Below, one piece after another: positions 10,783-19,100 of a stretch of DNA of 64,000 nt. The stretch's first letter is position 1; the number at the start of each line of letters is the position of its first letter. Source of the DNA: Candidatus Latescibacterota bacterium (GTDB lineage Bacteria > Latescibacterota > UBA2968); contig OZ242010.1 of NCBI GenBank assembly GCA_965204745.1, forward strand, positions 3,136,001 through 3,200,000, written 5' to 3'. The notes under the pieces were generated by a model, which made no database searches, had not been told where the DNA came from, and saw nothing but the letters and a program-made list of their open reading frames with translations. Made by a program: the position numbers and the translations under genes.

Positions 10783-10913
10783 GTACAAAAAAAAGCAACC
10801 ACCGATGAACACGGATGAACGCAGATGAAAAGTTTGATTTTCTATTATCCGTATCCTGCCTTCCATCAAAGATAAATGAGGAACAGAAGTTCCATACGAA
10901 TCATTCTTTTTTT

Positions 10914-11372
10914 AGCGTTTGATCCTACAGCCTCGTTGGTTGCCTTTGATGCCTTCGGCGACCTACTTTTTTTCAACAGCAAAAAAAAGTAGGCGAGCGG
11001 GGTACAACTGCCCTAGCAGTTCAAAAATGCCGCTCTCAAACGCCGAGGGGCTTGCACAGCGCAAATCGCTTTTGTAACAGAACGACATGTGTTGGCCTGC
11101 AAGGTGGGTTGCAAGATGGATGTGGGTTGCGAGACGGCCTTGCGCGCTGTGCGTGATGGCTTGATTCGGAGGGGTTTTGCGAGAGCATCTGTTGTGATTT
11201 ATCTGAACTGCATAACGTCAGTGAATACGATGAGCGTGGTAGCAAAAGCGATGAAGCTGAAGGAGCGACTGGCCGAGTTTCTCAAACCGAGAGCATATCC
11301 TGCGATATGGCTCAATTTTTTCCATAAACCGCTCAAGCTAGTTGCATGGCTCGTAAATGGCAACACGACCTA
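10914..11372. repeat. Family-B intergenic element (MITE-like; partial copy with right TIR)
   Basis: Homologous to 36240-36610, 28702-28875 (inverted) and 49850-49967; ends AAATGGCAACACGACC-TA. Confidence 0.75.
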
Positions 11373-11694
11373 AGTATTACACCATGTCAGCACCTGTAGT
11401 CAGTAGCAGACCCCGTGGCCGCCTGAGATACGAAGCGTGACCCGGGACAGCGGTTCTGATAGCTGTTGCGGGAATGCGGTTGGGAATATAATTTGTGCTG
11501 CGATTGTTTCGTTGCTCGCCCCCTGATGTGCGCGGGGAAACCAAAAAGTCACTGGACTCCGGCCCCTGCTTTAAGCATATAGGGACATGCTTTCGCTCGC
11601 GTGACGGACGGATGGCTGACCGCTCGGGGATTGGTTTTCTCCCCCAGCACATACATTGCCTTGGGGCGGAAGGGTGGGGACTGATGACTGACTA

Positions 11695-12119
11695 GGTCGT
11701 GTTGACATTTCATTTTTTTTCCGTTACGCACAGAGTAGCAAATGTGTTGCTTGCTCATTTAAGGCGTTTCCTTTGATGGCTTCTCGCTCTGGTTGCTCTG
11801 ATGGCGTTGACCGAGGGGACCTATCCCCCGGCCCCTTTCCTAAGAGGAAAGGGGAGTAAAGCTCCTTTGATGGCTTATCTCAAGGGTTGCTCTGATGGCG
11901 TGGCACGAGGGCATAAAGCGATTAAATATCCCTCATCAATCCCCTCGCAAAACCGCTCACAGTTCCCCCTTCCTCGCAGGAAGGGGGGTTAGGGGGGTAG
12001 GTCCCGATAAGGAGCGACTGTTTCAGTTTCTCAAACCGAGAGCATATTCTGCGATAGGGCTTGATTTTCTCGATAAACCGCTCAAGCCAGTTGCATGGCT
12101 CGTAAATGTCAACACGACC
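11695..12119. mobile_element. Complete non-autonomous MITE with 16-bp TIRs and TA duplication
   Basis: GGTCGTGTTGACATTT...AAATGTCAACACGACC flanked by TA/TA inside a CTGACTA tract; carries a nested family-A element (11817-12004). Confidence 0.8.
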
Positions 12120-12121
12120 TA

Positions 12122-12590
12122 CTGACTACTGACTACTTGGACGGTGGCGGGGGGCTACCTCACCTCTCCCGTCTTGCCTCTCACCGAAGGGGGTTAGGCG
12201 GGATGGGAACTGACGACTGACGACTGACGACTGACGACTGACGACTGACGACTGACGACTGACGACTTGGACGGTGGCGGGGGGTTGCCTCACCTCTCCC
12301 ATCTTACGTCTCACTGAAGGGGGTTGGGCGGTGGCGGGGGGCTGCCTCCCTTCTCCCTTCTTGTCTCTTTGGGCGAGCACAGAGGCATCGCCCCTACAAA
12401 CACTTTTGTGTTTTTGTGCCTTTGAACTAGCTGTCGCCAGTTGTACCCCTTTTGTGCCTTTTGTGGCTAAAATCCCATCTTACGTCTCACTGAAGGGGGT
12501 TGGGCGGTGGCGGGGGGCTGCCTCCCTTCTCCCTTCTCACCTCTCCCGTCTTGCCTCTCACCTCTCCCGTCTCACCTCTCACCTTTTTCC
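12122..12590. repeat. Composite repeat block: (CTGACGA)8, CCTCTCA-type heptamers, GTAG-REP, CACAAAAGG nonamers
   Basis: Direct reading; perfect (CTGACGA)8 at 12210-12265. Confidence 0.85.
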
Positions 12591-12600
12591 GGTTCACACC

Positions 12601-13761
12601 ATGACACACTACCCTCCGGTTCGTGCGATTACTCGAGGGCCCAAATACCACTGGTTTGGGTATTACGACAAGTGGCAAATGGATGCGACCTGCCGGTACG
12701 CGCTGGGTATGGAAGTTGATTTTGAACACAGGGCCCCGTCGGCAAATGATACGGTCGCGCTTGGGCTGATCGACATGGAAGATGGCGATGCGTGGTTGGA
12801 AATCGGGCGCACGCGGGCGTGGTGCTGGCAACAGGGTTGTATGCTCCAATGGATTCCCAACTCGAGCACGGATGTGATTTACAACGACCGCGAAGGGGAT
12901 GCGTTTGTCGCGCGTGTACACAATGTCGAGACGAGTGCAGTCCGTACCCTGCCATGCGCGATTTACGCGCTCGCGCCGGATGGCAAGACCGCGATTGGGG
13001 CGGATTTTCGGCGCATCAACCACATGCGGCCCGGGTATGGGTACGCGGGCATTCCCGATCCCAACCGCGATGTGTGCGCGCCCGACGACGTGGGGATTTA
13101 CGTCGTGAATCTCGAGACTGGAGCCGCAGAGCTCATCGTCACCATCGCGGATATCGCCGCGATCCCCTATCCGCATGGCGATATTTCCGGGGCGCGTCAT
13201 TATTTTAATCACCTGCTGTTTAATCCGGATGGGGCGCGCTTTGTGTTTTTGCACCGCTGGCGATTTGCACGGGGCAACTTTCACACGCGCATGATGACGG
13301 CGAATGTCGATGGGTCAAATGTGCATGTCGTTGACGACTACGGCAAAATGTCGCACTTTATATGGCGCGATCCCCACGCCATTCTCGGCTGGGCGTATCA
13401 CCCGTCGCACGGCAACAAATTCTATCTGTACCGCGATCTCACCGATGCGGAGCCAGAAGTTATCGGCGCGGATGCGATGACGGTCAATGGTCACTGCACG
13501 TATTTGCCGGGCAATAGATGGATCCTCAATGACTCCTATCCTTCGGGAGACCAGCGCGATCAGGTGCCCTATCTCTATCGAGTCGATACGGGCGAGCGCG
13601 TCGACCTCGGGATTTTCCCGTCGCCAGAACCCTATACCGGCGAATGGCGTTGTGACCTGCACCCGCGCTTTAGCCCAGATGGGCAATTTGTCGTGATCGA
13701 TTCGGCGCACATGGGCAATGGGCGGCAGATGTATCGGATTGAGATTGGAGATATCGCGTAG
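12601..13761 (+). CDS. Beta-propeller protein (oligogalacturonate lyase/TolB-like)
   Basis: HWFGYYDK, WCWQQGCMLQW, FNHLLFNPDG, RCDLHPRFSPDG; ATG 12601. Confidence 0.75.
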   Translation: MTHYPPVRAITRGPKYHWFGYYDKWQMDATCRYALGMEVDFEHRAPSANDTVALGLIDMEDGDAWLEIGRTRAWCWQQGCMLQWIPNSSTDVIYNDREGDAFVARVHNVETSAVRTLPCAIYALAPDGKTAIGADFRRINHMRPGYGYAGIPDPNRDVCAPDDVGIYVVNLETGAAELIVTIADIAAIPYPHGDISGARHYFNHLLFNPDGARFVFLHRWRFARGNFHTRMMTANVDGSNVHVVDDYGKMSHFIWRDPHAILGWAYHPSHGNKFYLYRDLTDAEPEVIGADAMTVNGHCTYLPGNRWILNDSYPSGDQRDQVPYLYRVDTGERVDLGIFPSPEPYTGEWRCDLHPRFSPDGQFVVIDSAHMGNGRQMYRIEIGDIA

Positions 13762-13787
13762 GCTTTCACAAGCGGGGAGAGATTGTC

Positions 13788-14525
13788 ATGGCCGTAGCCA
13801 AATCCGCACTCACACAACGAGAAATTGTGCACTTTCGCACCCAAGGGTACCTCGGTCCCTATCCGCTGTGTTCGGCCGAGGAGATGGCGGATTTGCGCCC
13901 GGCCATTGAACGAGTGCTCGAAACCGATCCGCCGGATGCCAAAAACCGCATTCACAACCGGCACTTGGACAGCCGAGTCATTTACGATTTGTCAACGCAT
14001 GCCGAGATTCTCAACCGCATGGTTTGCCTGTACGGCGCGGACCTGTTGTTGTGGCGCACTAATTTTTTCATCAAATACAAGGGCACCCGCGCCATCCCTT
14101 GGCATCAGGATTTCAACTATTGGCCGCTCGAGCCGCCCATTATCATTTCGGCGTGGATCGCGGTGGATGCTTCGACTCGGGAGAACGGAAATTTGCAACT
14201 CATTCCCGGCTCGCACCGCAAGGTGATCCCCCATGTCAAAGCCACGCCCGACGTGCAATTTCAAGAGATGGCAGACGCGGGCTATTACGACCCCGATCAC
14301 CTCATCGACCTCGAAATGCAACCCGGCGAATTTATCCTTTTTAATGAGCGCACCCTGCATCACTCCAAAGCCAACCACTCTAATCTGCGGCGCATTGGCC
14401 TAGCCGTGCGCGTGATCCCTCCCATCGTCCACGTTCTCAAATACGATTCCGCAGACCACGCCCTTCAGGTCATCCGCGGCGGAGATACGATGGGATTTAA
14501 CCGACTCACGTCGCCGCCAAAATGA
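13788..14525 (+). CDS. Phytanoyl-CoA dioxygenase (PhyH) family Fe/2OG enzyme
   Basis: PWHQD, LIPGSH, LHHSKANHS..RR. Confidence 0.9.
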   Translation: MAVAKSALTQREIVHFRTQGYLGPYPLCSAEEMADLRPAIERVLETDPPDAKNRIHNRHLDSRVIYDLSTHAEILNRMVCLYGADLLLWRTNFFIKYKGTRAIPWHQDFNYWPLEPPIIISAWIAVDASTRENGNLQLIPGSHRKVIPHVKATPDVQFQEMADAGYYDPDHLIDLEMQPGEFILFNERTLHHSKANHSNLRRIGLAVRVIPPIVHVLKYDSADHALQVIRGGDTMGFNRLTSPPK

Positions 14526-14538
14526 AAGGATCATACCC

Positions 14539-15477
14539 ATGCCCAAAGACAACGCCGTTGTCGATGATTTCATGCAACTGATCGGCGGGACGCCGCTGAT
14601 TCGCTTAACCAGAATGCCGACCCCCGATATGGCCGAGGTCCTGGTCAAGATGGAATCGCTAAACCCGGCGCGCACGGTCAAAGACCGCATTGCCCTGGCG
14701 ATGATCGATGCCGCAGAACGCGCTGGCCGTCTAAAGCCGGGCATGACCATTGTCGAGCCGACCAGTGGCAACACGGGCATTGGGCTGGCGATGGTCGCAA
14801 CCGCACGGGGGTATCGCCTGATTTTGACCATGCCCGATTCCATGAGCCGGGAGAGACGCGATTTGCTCGAGAGTTATGGCGCGGAGTTAATTTTAATACC
14901 GGGGGATTTGGATATGCCCGGTGCCGTGGCCGAAGCCGAGCGGCTCGTGCAGGCGTCGCCCGAGACGACCTTTATGCCGCAACAATTCAACAATCCAGCC
15001 AACCCGGAAATCCACCGCCAAACCACGGCCCGAGAAATTTTAGACGCGGTCGATAGACAACTCCACGCGTTTGTCGCAGGCGTGGGCACGGGGGGCACCA
15101 TTACGGGCGTGGGCGAGGTCTTAAAAGCCGAATTGGACCAGGTGCGCGTGGTCGCGGTTGAACCCGCCAAATCCCCGGTCTTGTCTGGGGGCGAGGCCGG
15201 ATTGCACGGCATTCAAGGCATTGGCGCGGGCTTTGTCCCGGATGTGCTCAACCGCGATGTGTTTGACGAAATCGCGTGCGTGCGCGATGAAGACGCGATT
15301 GAAACCGCGCGCAGATTGGGGCGCGAGGAAGGCATTTTGGCGGGCATATCCGCCGGGGCAAATGTGTTTGCCGCCCTGCAAATCGCCCGCGACCTGGGGC
15401 CGGGAAAGCGCGTGGCAACCGTGATTTGCGATTCCGGCGAGCGATACTTCAGCGTGCCGGAATTTCTAAAGGGATAG
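14539..15477 (+). CDS. cysK: Cysteine synthase A
   Basis: NPARTVKDRIA (PLP Lys), EPTSGNTGIG, GVGTGGT, HGIQGIG, DSGERY. Confidence 0.93.
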   Translation: MPKDNAVVDDFMQLIGGTPLIRLTRMPTPDMAEVLVKMESLNPARTVKDRIALAMIDAAERAGRLKPGMTIVEPTSGNTGIGLAMVATARGYRLILTMPDSMSRERRDLLESYGAELILIPGDLDMPGAVAEAERLVQASPETTFMPQQFNNPANPEIHRQTTAREILDAVDRQLHAFVAGVGTGGTITGVGEVLKAELDQVRVVAVEPAKSPVLSGGEAGLHGIQGIGAGFVPDVLNRDVFDEIACVRDEDAIETARRLGREEGILAGISAGANVFAALQIARDLGPGKRVATVICDSGERYFSVPEFLKG

Positions 15478-15525
15478 GAAAAACGCCCTCTCGTATCGGC
15501 GGCCGGGCCGAAAAAACAAAGGTCC

Positions 15526-16066
15526 CTAGGTCGTGTTGACATTCACCCGTGCGTGCCCAACCGCGCCACCGTGTCTGAATCGCGGATTAAACGGATTAGG
15601 GGATTGCGCGGATTACCCACCACCGCCCTACCGCAGACCTATCCCCCCGGCCCCCTTTCCTGCGAGGAAAGGGGGAGCGCATGGCTTTCTTAAAGGGTTG
15701 CATCCCTAGTTGCTTTGATGGCTTTGCGCGAATGGATCACGCCATGGAACCCCAAAAACCTATCGCGCAATCCCTCGGAAAACCGCTCACAGTTCCCCCT
15801 TCCTCGCAGGAAGGGGGTTAGGGGGTAGGTCCCCCTCGCTATCCCCCCGGCCCCCTTTCCTACGAGGAAAGGGGGAGCGCATGGCTTTTTGAAGGTTTGT
15901 ATCCCTGGCTGTTCTGATGGCTTTGCGCGAATGGATCACGCCATGAACCCCCAAAAACCGCTCGCCATTCCCCTCGGAAGACCCATCGCCATTCCCCCCT
16001 TCCTCGCAGGCACAGGCGTAGCCTACAACGAAGCGTAGCGAGTAACGGGGTTAGGGGGGTAGGTCC
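15526..16066. repeat. Composite block: family-B TIR, CGGATT nonamer repeat, two tandem family-A hairpin elements
   Basis: ACCTATCCCCCCGGCCCCCTTTCCT.CGAGGAAAGGGGG ... GGGGGTAGGTCC, also at 11817, 20842-21460, 34228, 49630. Confidence 0.85.
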
Positions 16067-16179
16067 AAAATTTTCTTGACAAGAAACGGCGTGGTACTTT
16101 AATTTTTTTACCATCGTTATTTCGTGCCCGCAGGCAAAAGCCATGCCTGTGCAACTCATTATATTTTAGGAGATTTCAG

Positions 16180-19100
16180 ATGATTACCGCCCTTTTCAGA
16201 TCTCGCTTGTTGGCCCTGGTCGCGCTGGGCATGCTGGTGGCATCGGGGCCGGCTTTTGCCCAAACCATCATCGACTACGACACCGACGACGACGGCTACA
16301 TTGAGGTGTCCGGCCACGCACAACTCAACGCCATTCGCAACGACCTCGACGGCGACGGCAATCCCACAGTCGGCGGCTCCAGTGCCTACAACAACGCATT
16401 CCCCAACCGCGACGGCAACGCCGCCACGCGCATGGGTTGCCCCTCAGGAAACTGCGTCGGCTACGAACTCACCGCCAACATCAACCTAACCACCTACACC
16501 AGCTGGGTTCGCATCGGCGACAACACCAACAACTACACAGGCGACTTCAAGGGCAACGGCTACACTATCGACAACCTGACCATCAGCAGTTCCACCACCA
16601 CTTATGTGGGACTATTCGGCGCCATCAGCTCCGCCTCTCGCATCGAGTCCGTCGGCATAACCAACGCCAACGTTACGGGAAGCGAATTCGTCGGCGCTCT
16701 GGTCGGCGGCTCTGGCGGAGAAATCGTCGCCTGCTGGTCCACCGGCAGCGTTACGGCAAGAAGGGTCGTTGGCGGACTGGTCGGATGGACTAACGGCACT
16801 ATCACCTCAAGCTACTCCCACGCATCCGCCACCGGAACCCAAGCATCAACGTCTGATCACGTCGGCGGACTGCTGGGAGCAAGCCAAAGCGGCACCGTAA
16901 GGAACTCCTACTCCACCGGCAGGGTTACCCGCGCCACCGGCGCCACTACTCTAAACGTCGGCGGGTTGATAGGAAGCGGTAGCGCGAACGACGCTCCCGG
17001 TAGTTACTGGGACACCCAAACCAGCGGGTGGGCAACAAGCGCCGGTAGCCAAACCGCGGTGGGCAGAACCACCACCCAGCTCCAGAGCCAGACCACCTAC
17101 GGCGCAACCTCCTCCGATGCCTACTACGGCTGGAACATCGACCTAGACAACGCCGACGGCGACTCCGACACGGCAACCGGCGTGGACGACCCCTGGGACT
17201 TCGCCGGCTCATCGGCTTACCCCACGCTGATATACCACCTCACCGACTACGACACCGACGAAGACGGCTACATCGAGATAGCGAATCTCGCCCAACTCGA
17301 CGCCATCCGCCACAACCTCGGCGGCAACGGACATCCCGCAAGCGACGGTGCTACCGCCTACGGCACGGCATTCCCCAACCGCGTTACCACTGCTTCAAAG
17401 GTCATGGGTTGCCCGTCCGGCGCCTGCACGGGCTACGAACTCGTCGCCGATTTGGACTTCGACAGCGACGGCGACGGCGATGTGGACGCCAACGACCACA
17501 GCGGTGCATACTGGGACAGCGGCGCCGGCTGGACGCCCATCGGCGTTGACAACCCTCCAAGCAGCAGATTCGTAACCACCCTCAAAGGCAACGGCCACAC
17601 TATCAACAACCTGCTCATCAATCGCAACAGCACTAACCAAGGGCTGTTCGCCGCCGTCGGAAGCGGCGCCCGCATCGAAGCCCTCGGCATAACCAACGCC
17701 AGTGTCACCGCAAGTGATTATGTCGGCATTCTAACCGCCAACAATTACGGCGAAATCGTCGCCTGTTACACCACCGGCACGATAAGCGCCACAGATTTTA
17801 TCGGCGGGTTGGCAGGCTTCATGTTCGGCGGCGCTTCAACCTTTATCCACTCTAGCCACTCCACCGCTTCCGTCACTTCCACCACTTCATCTACAAATGT
17901 AGCAGGGCTTGTGGGGCGTATCACCACCGGTTCTGTAACAAACTCATACTCCATAGGCGCGGTTAGCTCCGGCGGAGGAGGGTTAATAGGGAGTAATAAC
18001 TCAGGCACCGCAACCGCTAGCTACTGGGACACCACAACCAGCGGCCGCGCCACCAGCGCGCTCGGAACGGGCTACGCCACCGCCGACCTCCGCGGCCCCA
18101 CCGACTACACCGCCGGTAGCATATACGCCGACTGGAACGCCAACATCGACGGACAGACGGGCAACGACGACCCGTGGTACTTCGGCACCTCCAGACAGTA
18201 CCCGTCGCTGAAGTACGGCGGATTAGACCTCTCAAAGCAGGGCGCCGGCGACTACGACTCGGACAATGACCGCCTAATCGAAGTCTCCAATCTCGCTCAA
18301 CTCAACGCGGTGCGCCACGACAGAGACGGCAACGGCGATCCCGCAAGCGGCGGTGCTGCAACGTACAACGCCGCATTCCCCAACCGCGACAGCCGCTCCG
18401 GCAGCCGAATGGGTTGCCCATCTAGCTGCACGGGCTACGAACTCATCGCCGACCTCGACTTCGACAGCGACGGAGACGGCGACGTGGACATCAACGACCA
18501 CGGCGGCGCCTACTGGAACAGCGGCGCCGGCTGGACGCCCATCGGCGATGACACCTCGGAGTCCGCAAGATACTCAGCCGTTTTCAAAGGCAACGGTCAC
18601 ACCGTCAACAACCTGTTCATCGGCGGTAGCAACGATGACCGAGGGCTGTTCGGCTCTACTCACACCACTTCCCGCATCGAAACACTCGGCGTAACCAACG
18701 CCAATGTCCGCGGAGACGAGTATGTCGCCATTCTGGTAGGCTCCCTTTACGGCACTGTCGTCGCCTGCTACACCACCGGCGCGGTAATCGGCACTGGCAC
18801 CGGCGCACTCCCCAACTACGGGACTGCTGGTGGGTTAGTAGGATGGGCGGGCCTGTCCAATACTGCGACTGTCAGCTCTAGCTACTCCACCGCCTCCGTC
18901 ACCGGGATATCGAGAGTCGGAGGGCTTGTAGGGATGGGGCAAAACGTCACTATAACAAACTCTTACGCCATCGGCCGGGTTACCCGCACCTCCGGTGGTG
19001 GGATAAACGTCAGGGGGCTAGTAGGATGGGTACAGAGTGGCTCTGTAACCACTAGCTACTGCGACACCGAGACAGGCGGATGGTCCAACTGTAGCGGCAA

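Noticed and set aside
10800-12600. ORFs in repeat blocks (e.g. 11089, 11895, 12126) and N-terminal extensions at 12274, 22594, 36570
   Set aside because: Translations of non-coding repeats; true starts with better context lie downstream
16125-16155. c-di-GMP-I riboswitch upstream of the adhesin (GGCAAA)
   Set aside because: Only one simple hairpin; no second stem or tetraloop-receptor pattern
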